From the IMG/VR virus record IMGVR_UViG_3300047471_000189, positions 14,230 to 78,229 of that record: a DNA stretch of 64,000 nucleotides; one strand, given 5' to 3'. The DNA is from a virus. Every line of letters begins with the position of its first letter. The first letter of the stretch is position 1. Positions 54,013 to 63,688 of this stretch are shown here, in pieces. Below the pieces are notes generated by a model. That model made no database searches, was not told the origin of the DNA, and saw only the letters and a program-made list of their open reading frames with translations. The position numbers and the translations under genes were made by a program.

Positions 54013-54025
54013 GTCCATTCTGGAC
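54013..54025. repeat. Dispersed motif copy with 2-bp deletion
   Basis: GTCCATTCTGGAC, intergenic. Confidence 0.65.
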
Positions 54026-54027
54026 GT

Positions 54028-56109
54028 TTAGACTGCGCTCCCAAACCCGGTAGTAGCGGTCGGAAGTCCCGAGAGTTCGGCAGGCTCTACGGCCTTTTTG
54101 AACCCTTCGCGGAGTACGTCTCGTGCCGCTCTCGCGATGTTTTCCTGATCTGCCAATTGCTGTTGCTGGACGAACTTCTGTTGCTCGATCTGCGACTGTG
54201 CCTGAGTCTTCTGTTGGATAACGCCGCCCTGACTCTGGGCCTGCGCTCTTTGTTGGTCTTCTTTTGTCATGGGGATAATAACGTCGTTCAGGTTACGCCA
54301 GTCGCTGGCCTCGAACCACATCCGGATAACTTCGTTGACGTCGACTTTTTTGGCTTCGACGGACAACTGGGACATCAGGGCGGGGTTGGCTAGGAACTGG
54401 GTTATCATCGGGAGGGCCTGAGCCATATTCCGGCGGGTCTGCATCTTGGAACCCGCGAGTATGTTGAACTTTACCCGAGCATTGAGGAGATCAACTAAGT
54501 CGCCCGGTTTCCCGTCTTCGCCCAAGTACACGTGTTTGAGTTCATCGGACAGGATGAAGTCGAGTTGCGACTCGGGGAGCATAGCCCTGTTCATTTCCTG
54601 TACTTCGTACAAGAAGGGAACGATGACCTGATCCGCGAGTTTGTCCACGAAGTCAGCGATTGGGTTGTTCGCGCCCTGCGTGAGAGCCGAAGCTCCAGCA
54701 GACGAACGAGCCATATTCGAGTGACCGGCAGAACCGGCTTGACCCAACGAAGTGATCGGGTTTCCGCCGACAGTGTCTGCTCTGCCCTGCGACATGGCCA
54801 GCAGTTCGCCAGCTTCCGGGACCGGGGCCGACCGCATCAGCGGTTGCAAATCTCCTTGGGCATCCACTTCAATGATCTTGCCGGGCCCGATACGAATAGA
54901 CTGTGTCGGGATGTTCTTGCCGCGTACGCGCACGAGAGGAGCGTTGAGGGCCAAGCTCGCGTTGTCTATAACAAGATGTGTTATACCGGTCTGGAGTCTC
55001 TGCTCCGATCCGATTGTACGACCTAACCCAAGGCTCCAGAAGGAACCCGGGATTCTCCACCATCCGATAGAGAAAAACGGAATCTTTCCGTACTCGTTCT
55101 TGTCGTTGAAGATAACTACTTTCTTTTGGAGAACAACGATGTAGTTGTTGTTGTCCCACCTCTCCAGAACCTCAAGTGGTTTCTGGAATGGATCGGCAGT
55201 AGTCTCTTCCCATTTCGGGTCTCCCCGAGCTTCCCACATGGGGTTGCGGCTTCCGTCTTCGGAAACGTTAGCTTCGACCGGCTCCTGCGGGGGCAGGAAC
55301 AGTTCGAGCAGTTTCTCTTGTGATGGAATGTTGTAACCGGGACGGTCGCGCAGCTTGTCTAAGTCTTCCCACGTCATGTAACGACGGCGGATGACATATT
55401 TGGCTTTGCGGATGTCCGGGACTTGCAGCCCCGGGTCCACCAAGACTTCACGCAGGTTTTCGATGTGCTCGAAGGTGGGCCGGTCTACGACCTCTTCTAT
55501 GATTTGTTCTTCGAGTTGACCATCAGAAATTCGTGAATCAGGAGCCCCGGGTACAGTGCTTTGGATAACGGCGACTGGATTCGTTCTCTTTACAATCTTA
55601 CGTTCGCGGGTAAACTTCTCCCAACCCCACTGGAACATCGAGGTTCCGAAGATCAGGCAGTTGTGTACACCGAGTTGCAACTCCTCCCGGAAGTTGATGT
55701 CATCCAGTTGGTAGGCTTGCAACGCGGCCACGGCCCGAGCGGCCTGCGAGGTTGTACCGGGGCGCTCCTGTACCATGAACGGGGGCGTTTCGTAAAACAA
55801 CCCCGCCATGACTTGGGGAACGATTCCGTTTACAGCGGTCGCGAGAGTAAAGAACGGAACGGACGCGGCTTCGATTTGCGTGCCGGGCCAGTACCGAGGG
55901 GAATAAGGAGACTCGTACAGGTATCTTGATTGAGTCCACGCCATGATCCAATTCTTGGCGTTTTCACTTCTTTCGGCCCGTTCGGTGTCTTGAACGACCA
56001 AGGCCAAAGAGGCCGGGTCCCCCCAAACTCCGCTAGACAGGAAGGCTTTGGCTTCTTCTGGTGTTATTTCTTTGTGCGGATTACGATCTGGTTCCGGGAG
56101 AATAGCCAT
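54028..56109 (-). CDS. Portal protein
   Basis: 693 aa after terminase; FGT...GW, VDP, YGKIPF...PGSFWSLG, IDN..L; C-terminal Gln-rich barrel. Confidence 0.85.
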   Translation of the reverse strand: MAILPEPDRNPHKEITPEEAKAFLSSGVWGDPASLALVVQDTERAERSENAKNWIMAWTQSRYLYESPYSPRYWPGTQIEAASVPFFTLATAVNGIVPQVMAGLFYETPPFMVQERPGTTSQAARAVAALQAYQLDDINFREELQLGVHNCLIFGTSMFQWGWEKFTRERKIVKRTNPVAVIQSTVPGAPDSRISDGQLEEQIIEEVVDRPTFEHIENLREVLVDPGLQVPDIRKAKYVIRRRYMTWEDLDKLRDRPGYNIPSQEKLLELFLPPQEPVEANVSEDGSRNPMWEARGDPKWEETTADPFQKPLEVLERWDNNNYIVVLQKKVVIFNDKNEYGKIPFFSIGWWRIPGSFWSLGLGRTIGSEQRLQTGITHLVIDNASLALNAPLVRVRGKNIPTQSIRIGPGKIIEVDAQGDLQPLMRSAPVPEAGELLAMSQGRADTVGGNPITSLGQAGSAGHSNMARSSAGASALTQGANNPIADFVDKLADQVIVPFLYEVQEMNRAMLPESQLDFILSDELKHVYLGEDGKPGDLVDLLNARVKFNILAGSKMQTRRNMAQALPMITQFLANPALMSQLSVEAKKVDVNEVIRMWFEASDWRNLNDVIIPMTKEDQQRAQAQSQGGVIQQKTQAQSQIEQQKFVQQQQLADQENIARAARDVLREGFKKAVEPAELSGLPTATTGFGSAV

Positions 56110-56143
56110 TATGCCTTCTTATTCAAGATTCGTGAGTTGAATG

Positions 56144-56158
56144 GTCCGGATAATGGAC
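56144..56158. repeat. Dispersed 15-bp motif copy
   Basis: GTCCGGATAATGGAC, intergenic before portal. Confidence 0.85.
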
Positions 56159-56415
56159 TAGTACTTCGAGGTCGCAACGTTGGGAGAGACCTGCCCGGTC
56201 TTCAAATCAACCGCGCAATCCCACTTCACCGACGTGCTTTGGCTCTCGCCTTTGCTGACTTTGAAATCAGAAGAGGAAGCAGGGTCGGCGGACTTCTTCA
56301 CAAGCTGACCGGCTCCAGACGATTCTCCGGCGGAGCCTGAACCTACGGATGGGTAATCAGACGGCTTAGAGTCTCTGGGTGATTCCAAGTTGCCGCCAAG
56401 TTTAATGAGTTCCAT
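56158..56415 (-). CDS. Hypothetical protein
   Basis: GAGG RBS. Confidence 0.55.
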   Translation of the reverse strand: MELIKLGGNLESPRDSKPSDYPSVGSGSAGESSGAGQLVKKSADPASSSDFKVSKGESQSTSVKWDCAVDLKTGQVSPNVATSKY

Positions 56416-56416
56416 G

Positions 56417-56788
56417 TTAATAACCTCTTGTAGGCACTAAGCCTATTGATTGAGTTGGTGCTGCTGGTTTTGTCGGGGTACCCATGCCCCACGGAGTTGG
56501 TTTCTGATCGTACAGCGGTTTGCCTTGACCCGGAGCTATTCCGGTTAATGGGCTGGGGACCGGTTCCTTCCATCCATTAGGGCGACTCACTCGTACCACC
56601 GGTTGAACCGTCAGACGGAACAACTCGAAAGTTCCCGAGTTTTCGTTGTCAGAATTCTGTGGCATTTTGCTTAACAGCGGTTTGCCGCTTGGGGCGTTCC
56701 ACGCGCTAGGGGTCGAGGCATCGGCAAAATGTTCGCCGACGATATCGTTGTTCTCATCCAGAATTTCTATGTGGATTCTTAACCCCAT
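56417..56788 (-). CDS. Hypothetical protein
   Basis: Overlaps terminase stop. Confidence 0.55.
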   Translation of the reverse strand: MGLRIHIEILDENNDIVGEHFADASTPSAWNAPSGKPLLSKMPQNSDNENSGTFELFRLTVQPVVRVSRPNGWKEPVPSPLTGIAPGQGKPLYDQKPTPWGMGTPTKPAAPTQSIGLVPTRGY

Positions 56789-58830
56789 ATCCCTGCTCCC
56801 AAAATATTTGGCATTCCGTTGGGTGACGTTTGTGGTGCTTCTTCTACCGGGACAAAATCATCGAATGAATTTACCGGCATAGGAGGGTCGACAGGAACCA
56901 ACATACCGTTGTCATCCAAGTAGTAAGCGGCCCCGACGTTCGGCCTGTAATCCTCGTCGAAAACTTCTCCCCAGCCCCGCCGGTCTATCGTCCCACCAAA
57001 CATATCCTGCTTGTTGTCTACAATTGCTTGGACAGCTTGTGGTGCGTATCTGGGTTGGTATCCGAGGTTGTCTGGGATGTCGTCGTGGTGGTGAGAAGAC
57101 ATACACCGTTCGAACTCGTCGTACAGTACGTCCAGTGTGTCGTACTTCGGTTGCATACAGAAGTTGGCAAACCGGAGTCTTCCTTCTTCTACCCACGGGA
57201 TCAACGACCCCATACGAATGCGTTTAGCGTCGAACTGGTTGCTGGGTGTGACCCAGTCTATGTGAGTACAAATTGCAATCACGTACGGGTCGCCGGTTTT
57301 GATGGCTTCCGCGTGAATCGTAGGCTCCAAATGCTTGGAACCCCCGGCGTCTTCAATCCCGAGAATGAACGGTCGTTCTTCCACGACCATCTGGACAATT
57401 GCCTGTGCGGCTGTGAACGGGTTGAACCGGTCTCGAATAATCTTTCGAACGTTCCCGACCGTTTTCCTCTTACCCGTCTTCTTGTTCATATGGTCATAGA
57501 TGTCTTCGTCCGACCACATGACCGAGGAACCCACGCAATAGTCGGTTCCCTTTTTAGTGCTGAAGCTTAAATCCCAGAACTGGGATACGGGCCCTACTCT
57601 TGGTAACAGGTTGTAAGGGACGGTGATTTTGAGCATCGAGAGCCGGTTGAAACCTTTTTGGCTTGCGACCCTCGGGTTCTGATTAAGCTGACCCTCGAAT
57701 ACTTTCTCGTTGTTCGCGTACTCGCCCATCAACCACGGATATGGTTGACGCTTGGGGAGCAGAAGGATACAACCTTCTTCCCGGGCTTCGATGTAGTTAA
57801 CCGGGCGACCTTCCCGGCGGAGTTGTTCTTCGACTTCCGGTTTGATCTGGCAGGCTTTGCCGATCAGGATGTCGATAGCAAAGGTCTTGTTTCTGGTGAG
57901 TGTCCACCCAACCCCGGTAGTAATTTCGGTATCGCCCTTGGCTAGGTACTTCTCTAGCAGTACGCCGTAGTGGTCTTCTTCCGCGTACCGGGTGCCGACG
58001 TAGTCTTTGAAGAATCCGCCGGGCATCAGGAGCTTCTCGGCGAGGAACAGCTTTTCAGAAATCGAGGCGCACTGCTCAACCGATTCGCTGTTCTTATCCG
58101 AGACGGCGTCGTCTGCTTTGATGACTTCGAAACGCCATCCGGCCTTGGTCTTGCCAATCGAGGAGGCCCGAACGGTTCCTTCTTTACGACCCGTTTTCTT
58201 GGCCTTATAGACCGGGGTCGTGAAGACGTTGCCTGCTCCCATGTCTTTCCGTAAGCAGCAGTGCTCGGGGAAGAACATGTTCATGAGAGACGGTGTTTCT
58301 TCTCTCAGAGTAAAGAACCCTTTGATTTCAGAAATGAATCCTTGCGACAGACTTGCTTCGCCGGTCAGGAATAAAATACGAACTGACGGGTAGCAGAGTA
58401 CCCACTGGACAGTGTCTACCGCATCGTAAGAGCTTTTCGCTCCGCCTCTGGGCCAGAGTAGAAGGCGAGTCTTAACTGCGCTCGCTTGGAGGATCGGGAC
58501 CGAGGGGTCTTTCTTGACAAACAAATCGGCGAACACGTCGTACTGCGGATCGAGGAAGATGTTTTCCGTGACAGGGATGTCGCCGTTTTCACTGACAGAC
58601 ATGCTGTCCCACAGGAAGTATTTGGCCAGCCACTTCAGATCGGCGATACTTCTGCGCCGGACCTCTTGTCCGAGGGACGAGTTGGGGACGTGGTCAACTC
58701 CCAACTTCATCATGTTGATTAAATCAGGCTTGATTTCAATCAGGAAGTCATACAGGACGTCGTTGGGAACGAGTTCCTTCCCTCCGTACTGTTCCAGCAG
58801 AGCGTCAAACCTATCGCCGTTATCTGGCAC
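56779..58830 (-). CDS. Terminase large subunit
   Basis: Walker A PRGGAKS, Walker B IKADD, VGTRY; nuclease FWDLS...DY, HDDIPD. Confidence 0.9.
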   Translation of the reverse strand: MPDNGDRFDALLEQYGGKELVPNDVLYDFLIEIKPDLINMMKLGVDHVPNSSLGQEVRRRSIADLKWLAKYFLWDSMSVSENGDIPVTENIFLDPQYDVFADLFVKKDPSVPILQASAVKTRLLLWPRGGAKSSYDAVDTVQWVLCYPSVRILFLTGEASLSQGFISEIKGFFTLREETPSLMNMFFPEHCCLRKDMGAGNVFTTPVYKAKKTGRKEGTVRASSIGKTKAGWRFEVIKADDAVSDKNSESVEQCASISEKLFLAEKLLMPGGFFKDYVGTRYAEEDHYGVLLEKYLAKGDTEITTGVGWTLTRNKTFAIDILIGKACQIKPEVEEQLRREGRPVNYIEAREEGCILLLPKRQPYPWLMGEYANNEKVFEGQLNQNPRVASQKGFNRLSMLKITVPYNLLPRVGPVSQFWDLSFSTKKGTDYCVGSSVMWSDEDIYDHMNKKTGKRKTVGNVRKIIRDRFNPFTAAQAIVQMVVEERPFILGIEDAGGSKHLEPTIHAEAIKTGDPYVIAICTHIDWVTPSNQFDAKRIRMGSLIPWVEEGRLRFANFCMQPKYDTLDVLYDEFERCMSSHHHDDIPDNLGYQPRYAPQAVQAIVDNKQDMFGGTIDRRGWGEVFDEDYRPNVGAAYYLDDNGMLVPVDPPMPVNSFDDFVPVEEAPQTSPNGMPNILGAGIWG

Positions 58831-59009
58831 TACTTCCTCTTCTTGGACTGACCGGATTCGCTCAAGGCGATTGCGATGGCCTGCTTTTGGTTAGAAACTT
58901 TCGGACCCTTTTTAGAACCCGAGTGCAGTTTCCCGGACTTCCATTCATCCATCACAGTTTTAACTGCTGCGGATTTACCGGCTTTGGTCGTAGGCTTTTT
59001 TATGGGCAT
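58830..59009 (-). CDS. Small basic DUF6496-like protein (59 aa; not in ORF track)
   Basis: VMDEWKSGKLHSG...KV.NQKQAIAIALSE. Confidence 0.75.
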   Translation of the reverse strand: MPIKKPTTKAGKSAAVKTVMDEWKSGKLHSGSKKGPKVSNQKQAIAIALSESGQSKKRK

Positions 59010-59193
59010 TCGTGGTCACTCCGTGTTCTGACGATAAATCCAGAAGGATAACCGCCGCGAGGGCAGCTTCATTCTCATGTTCCAGCGCTACTTGCTTATA
59101 CCCGTTGAGTCTAGCGTTGGAAGCAGCGATCACCGATTTATGCCGGTGCCCGCTAACGAATAACCTGAGCCGTTCAATTTGCTCAAACGTCAT
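58975..59193 (-). CDS. Hypothetical protein
   Basis: Fills gap in operon. Confidence 0.5.
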   Translation of the reverse strand: MTFEQIERLRLFVSGHRHKSVIAASNARLNGYKQVALEHENEAALAAVILLDLSSEHGVTTNAHKKAYDQSR

Positions 59194-59196
59194 GGT

Positions 59197-59895
59197 TTAG
59201 CAAGGTCCCATTGTCGCGCATCCTACAGTAATAGCAGTTCGAACTAAAGGAGGCATCCACTGTAGAAACTTTTGCGTCTTGGTTTTGGGTTCGTTAAGTG
59301 CTTTGGTCTGGACACGAATATCAGCGGTTATTCCCTTGACATTGTCCATCGTGTCGGCGCTGTTTGCGGACAGGCGCTGTAGGTTGTCGAGCAGCGCTTG
59401 GTGAGAAGACATCAGAAAGTGCGCGAAGTCTATGGTCGAGCTTAAGTTGGACAGAACAGCGTTGGTGTTGTCCGCTATGTCTGCTTCTTGCTTGTCGTAC
59501 GTGGCCAGACTCTTGTTCAGGTGTCGACCGGCAACCTCAAGTGTTCCGGCAAACCCTCTGATCGTATGTAACGTTCTCGCTACGTCCGCCAAGGTGCCGC
59601 ATGGTTTGTCTTCGTCGACCGCGTAGATGTGTCCATTAACCGGACGGCACGGGTCGAGGAGCTTGGTCAGGACGGAGTTGAGGCTCCGGGATACTCTATC
59701 GATATCCTTGGTTGTAGTCTGAAGGGTGTGGTCAACTGAGGTCAGTGTTTTGTCTGCATGATCCAGAACAGTTACAGTCTTTGCCGTAATCTGTTTTTCG
59801 GACTGGGCCGTAGTCCAAAAGAAGTACGACCCGAATCCGCACAGGAGAAGCAGAGCTAGTTCCCACAACCTGATCTTAGCTAGCCATGAAAGCAT
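59197..59895 (-). CDS. Membrane-anchored coiled-coil protein (spanin-like or Mce-like)
   Basis: N-terminal TM ELALLLLCGFGSYFFW then helical repeats. Confidence 0.5.
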   Translation of the reverse strand: MLSWLAKIRLWELALLLLCGFGSYFFWTTAQSEKQITAKTVTVLDHADKTLTSVDHTLQTTTKDIDRVSRSLNSVLTKLLDPCRPVNGHIYAVDEDKPCGTLADVARTLHTIRGFAGTLEVAGRHLNKSLATYDKQEADIADNTNAVLSNLSSTIDFAHFLMSSHQALLDNLQRLSANSADTMDNVKGITADIRVQTKALNEPKTKTQKFLQWMPPLVRTAITVGCATMGPC

Positions 59896-59899
59896 TTCG

Positions 59900-60334
59900 T
59901 TAGGCAGCGGGCTTGATAGCCGCGATACCATCCGAGATTAACTGGGCCAGAGCATCGGCACTATTGACCGCTTTCGTTACGGCATCCGTAGCAGAAGCAC
60001 TCTTGATGTGGCCGAGGGCCAAAAGACTACCGAGGCTGGCTTTGATCCCGTTGAGAATATCCAGAGCCTTGGGTGTTGCCCCGAAGTCATAAATAACCCC
60101 CATGAGAACGTCAGCGCTGTTGTGGATCTCGTCTTCGATCTTGACGGCAGCTTCAGCCGCCGCTCCGCCGAATTCGAATCCAACGGCAATAGACGTGGCA
60201 GCTTTGATGTAGGGGAGAGCCTTGTCCGAAACCGCAACAATGGTTGGCTCGGCTTTGTGGAAAGCTGCATAAGCCTTTGCGACCCAGCCGGTGAAAGTGT
60301 GTTCGAAACTCTTGAGGGTGTCGAGAACTGACAT
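59900..60334 (-). CDS. Hypothetical Ala-rich protein
   Basis: AGGAG RBS. Confidence 0.6.
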   Translation of the reverse strand: MSVLDTLKSFEHTFTGWVAKAYAAFHKAEPTIVAVSDKALPYIKAATSIAVGFEFGGAAAEAAVKIEDEIHNSADVLMGVIYDFGATPKALDILNGIKASLGSLLALGHIKSASATDAVTKAVNSADALAQLISDGIAAIKPAA

Positions 60335-60345
60335 TGTGTCTCCTG

Positions 60346-60594
60346 TTATTTCTTGTTGGGGTCCGGGGTCTCCGGCTTGATAGGGTCCACTGGTTTCTGA
60401 CCAGTTTTCATGGACCAGAAACCGGTTGCCCAGTCATAAAGGAATTTGTAGGCAAGGGCTATCGCATCCACTGCGTTTTTGATGCTGATAGTCCCCGGCT
60501 TAGGGAGGGCCGCTAACAGAGCCGTGATCGCCATCGTGAGAAGGGCAGTGCTCTGTACGGTTGGGTTAGAAAGGAATTGTACGACTCCGGTCAT
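60346..60594 (-). CDS. Small membrane protein (holin-like)
   Basis: AAGGAGG RBS; hydrophobic helices. Confidence 0.5.
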   Translation of the reverse strand: MTGVVQFLSNPTVQSTALLTMAITALLAALPKPGTISIKNAVDAIALAYKFLYDWATGFWSMKTGQKPVDPIKPETPDPNKK

Positions 60595-60603
60595 GGAGCC
60601 TCC

Positions 60604-61278
60604 TTACATGCCTGCTGGAGGAGCGCCTGCTCCGGGCCCGGCGGCAGGAGCCGCAGGAGGAGCACCGGCCCCGGGGCCTGCTTGACTCATATCAGGGGAT
60701 GGGGGCGCTGCTGGTCCTTGGTCTCCCATGTTATCCGCGATGTGCGACTGGAGGGCAGACATATCTGGAACTACGTGGTCGTCGGGGGCGGGGGCCATTC
60801 CTGCCTCGTCGGGTGCGTGGTGATGCGTGACGATAAACCCGCCGGACTTGCCGCGCTTGACGTGCATTGAATGGGGCTTCTTACCCTTGGACTTCGACTT
60901 CTTGTGGCTTCCGCCGAGAACAGAGTGGGCCCGTGAACTAGATGATTTTGCCATTTCTTTTCCTTTTGTCGACCTATATTCGTCGGCGTCTTTTTCATTC
61001 AGAACCGCTTCGCCTTTTTTCAGGATAGCTGGGCCGGTTTTTGGAACGTAATCTGTTCCTTTATGGTACTTTGGAGGGGCGGGTTTAGATGCAGATTTGG
61101 CGGCGTAGGACTGGCTCGCGCTGCGAACCATGCTGTCGTGCCACGACGTGTCTTCCTTCTTTTGGGGAGAGTCCGGAACAATCTTGTCTATGGCCCCTAA
61201 AACTCTTTGCGCTGGTGTATAAACATGATCCTTTACCCAGTCGGCAATTGGTTGCGCGGCTCCGTAATCTTGGGCCAT
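60604..61278 (-). CDS. Hypothetical protein (basic/His-rich, Pro/Ala tail)
   Basis: HKGTDYVPKTGPAILKKGEAVL motif; possible internal start at 60954. Confidence 0.6.
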   Translation of the reverse strand: MAQDYGAAQPIADWVKDHVYTPAQRVLGAIDKIVPDSPQKKEDTSWHDSMVRSASQSYAAKSASKPAPPKYHKGTDYVPKTGPAILKKGEAVLNEKDADEYRSTKGKEMAKSSSSRAHSVLGGSHKKSKSKGKKPHSMHVKRGKSGGFIVTHHHAPDEAGMAPAPDDHVVPDMSALQSHIADNMGDQGPAAPPSPDMSQAGPGAGAPPAAPAAGPGAGAPPAGM

Positions 61279-61294
61279 GACGGTACAACTCTCT

Positions 61295-61309
61295 GTCCAT
61301 TATCCGGAC
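61295..61309. repeat. Dispersed 15-bp motif copy
   Basis: GTCCATTATCCGGAC, intergenic. Confidence 0.85.
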
Positions 61310-61357
61310 TATATCGCTTGTTATCGGCGTAGACTTTGAACAGTCGTTTTAGCGGGC

Positions 61358-62431
61358 TTAGTAACTGAATCCGATGATTCCCCATGTTTGATTTGCGGAG
61401 CCAGAGTTAATCAGAGTGGAATTTGATAATTCTATGAGCGCGTATGGGACAACTGAAAGAGCACAAGCTTGGGGACCAAGCATTGAAATACCGGGAATAA
61501 TGCTTGCTGAAACTCCTGAGTTGTACCAAGAGAAAATATTCACGTTGCTGGTAAGAGAGATGCACGACACCTGCACAGACTGCCCAGAGGTAGTAGTCGC
61601 ATAAGTCTTGAAAATGCTCGTACTTCCCGATCCTCCTGTTGTGCTCCCTCCATTTTCAAATAAGAAAGTCCCAGTTGTTCCGGGAATAACAATTGCGAAA
61701 ATAGCTTGAAACGGTTCTGAGACGTTGGGAGTGCAAGTGAAAGTTGAGCTTCCCCCAGAAGTGATGTGGCTATAATTCATCGTGCTGTTAAGCGTGGTCG
61801 ACGAGGCGAACAGCGTACCAGCGTGCCATGTATTAGTCACTGAGGAACTGGCCGGGTCTGAGGAATTGCTCCCCGATGATATACAGAAAACAACTACTTC
61901 ATCGTTAGTCGCAATTGTCAGAGGGGAAGCGGTAGTGCAAGAAGCTACTGACCCTGCCCCGCAGGACGTGTAAGTGTAGCTTTTGATATACGGAGGAGCG
62001 GTTCCTTTAGTAGCAAGGCCAGTATCGACATAAGCTGTCGTGGCGAGTTGCGTGCTATTATCAGCTTGCGACTGCGTTGTGGCAGCCATGCCATTGGCCA
62101 AAGATCCGGCTAGAACCTGCGCGGCTGGTAGTCCCGTGGCGCTAGTAAGCACGAGAGCAGTTGGGGTCCCAAGGGCTGGTGCTACGAGAGTAAGTCCAGA
62201 GATAGAGGTCGTCGTTGACGATGCCGCGACTGATGTGCTTCCAAGCGTAATTGGGAAACCGCTTGAACCTCCACCACCAAAAGTGAAGGTCTGGCCGGAT
62301 TGAACTACTCCCGCCCCGGTAAACGTAAAAGGAGGAGGAGTCCCGTTGATCGTTGGTGAAGGGGTTTGGCCCAACGCTGTCTGAATAATGGACAACCCGA
62401 GGAGAATAGGGAGTGCTAGAAGTTTTTTCAT
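61358..62431 (-). CDS. Fibre-like protein with signal peptide
   Basis: MKKLLALPILLGLSIIQTALGQ; ATTQSQADNSTQLATTAYVD shared with 36846-40778. Confidence 0.65.
   Translation of the reverse strand: MKKLLALPILLGLSIIQTALGQTPSPTINGTPPPFTFTGAGVVQSGQTFTFGGGGSSGFPITLGSTSVAASSTTTSISGLTLVAPALGTPTALVLTSATGLPAAQVLAGSLANGMAATTQSQADNSTQLATTAYVDTGLATKGTAPPYIKSYTYTSCGAGSVASCTTASPLTIATNDEVVVFCISSGSNSSDPASSSVTNTWHAGTLFASSTTLNSTMNYSHITSGGSSTFTCTPNVSEPFQAIFAIVIPGTTGTFLFENGGSTTGGSGSTSIFKTYATTTSGQSVQVSCISLTSNVNIFSWYNSGVSASIIPGISMLGPQACALSVVPYALIELSNSTLINSGSANQTWGIIGFSY
62379..62393. repeat. Dispersed 15-bp motif copy (1 mismatch)
   Basis: GTCTGAATAATGGAC, intragenic (SIIQT). Confidence 0.75.
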
Positions 62432-62440
62432 GCGTCTCCC

Positions 62441-62791
62441 TTAGACCACTACCCACAGAAATAGTCTTGTTGCGGTCGCCGTAACTCCGGTGACTGCGAA
62501 GTCTCTCCACGTCAACGAAGACTCAGGAGCCGTAGGTTCGTCAGAAAACAAAATGGTGTTGGCAGCTATAGTGCTACCAACAACCAGTGGGGGATACAAA
62601 AGTTTGCTATCGGAGGGGGCGGTGATCGTAATGGTCCCGGCGGTAGAGGTCGCGGATGGCCCGACCGACAGGACGAGTTTCTGGACGCGGACGCCCTGAA
62701 CCCCGCCGAGGGCTATGACCGAAGCGTCGGCTCTATAGCTCACAAGGTCGGTATCGATGATAATGGGTTTCTGCGTGAGGGCGTTGGCCAT
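62441..62791 (-). CDS. Hypothetical virion-like protein
   Basis: AAGGA RBS; beta-rich. Confidence 0.55.
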   Translation of the reverse strand: MANALTQKPIIIDTDLVSYRADASVIALGGVQGVRVQKLVLSVGPSATSTAGTITITAPSDSKLLYPPLVVGSTIAANTILFSDEPTAPESSLTWRDFAVTGVTATATRLFLWVVV

Positions 62792-62800
62792 AGGTCCTTC

Positions 62801-63022
62801 TTACAGTTTGAAGTGTCTCTTAATCAGGCTCTTGACCTGCGAAATTGTCGCTGCGAAGTGTACACGCAGATGCGGCTCGGATATGTCTCTTGCGACTTCA
62901 AGGTCTCCGAGATATTCCTTGAGTTCTTTTTCGATGTCTTTGAGTTCCATGTGCTGGTCCCACCCCCATAAGAGGGCGAGACCAAACATGGCGAGAATGA
63001 TCCAAATGCTGAAATCGGACAT
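62801..63022 (-). CDS. Small membrane protein
   Basis: AAGGAG RBS; N-terminal TM. Confidence 0.55.
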   Translation of the reverse strand: MSDFSIWIILAMFGLALLWGWDQHMELKDIEKELKEYLGDLEVARDISEPHLRVHFAATISQVKSLIKRHFKL

Positions 63023-63037
63023 TTGGGTCTCCTTGGT

Positions 63038-63670
63038 TTACAGACGGTTGATAACGAATTCCTTGATCGTCACGACCGTCGTAGCTGTCGACGCGAAGGT
63101 GAATGAAGGAATGAAGTTCAGGTCCGTTGCTGCAACGGCGGTTGCGTTCGCATTGGCTGCGTTCGCCACGATAACACCGTTCTGGTACTGGGTCGTGCCG
63201 GTCCACGAAAGGATGCTGGTCGTGCTGTCCCAGAGGAACGACGCCTTCATGATGTAGTTGATCTTGACTGCCGACGTCAGGTTGGCGGTAGCGGTACCCG
63301 TCACAACCTTGGTGCAGCCTGTGCCGAGGGTGGCCAGCGTGTAGCTTGATGCTGCCGGTCCGCCTGCAAACGTCGATGCCTTGGCGTTGTACAGGTCCAC
63401 CAAGGTGTTGGTGGTGGCAGAGCTAGACGCTACGAAAGAAAGAACCACTTCGAAGGGGTGACCATCGAACACGCTGCCCGCGATATCAGGAGATACGCCG
63501 ACGAATACGCCGGTCGGATACGTGGTCGTGGAGAGCGGGAACTCGGGCGAGGGGAAGTAGGGGGAAACGCCCGATGCCGAAGGAGCAAGCAACGCAACTT
63601 CGGTGGTAACCGCTACGGTCTGTGCATAATTGAACGCCGGGTAACCGGCAACTGTGTCTTGACGAGCCAT
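63038..63670 (-). CDS. Virion decoration-like protein (third paralog of 43555/44569)
   Basis: TVAGY start, DGHPF, FLWDSTT.IL, VTIKEFVINRL end. Confidence 0.6.
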   Translation of the reverse strand: MARQDTVAGYPAFNYAQTVAVTTEVALLAPSASGVSPYFPSPEFPLSTTTYPTGVFVGVSPDIAGSVFDGHPFEVVLSFVASSSATTNTLVDLYNAKASTFAGGPAASSYTLATLGTGCTKVVTGTATANLTSAVKINYIMKASFLWDSTTSILSWTGTTQYQNGVIVANAANANATAVAATDLNFIPSFTFASTATTVVTIKEFVINRL

Positions 63671-63688
63671 TGTAGATTCCTTTGGAGG

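Noticed and set aside
58816-58830. Additional motif copies (GCCGTTATCTGGC at the terminase start; GTCC-N5-GGAC near 46783; GTCC-N12-GGAC near 45315)
   Set aside because: Too divergent in arms or spacing to count with confidence
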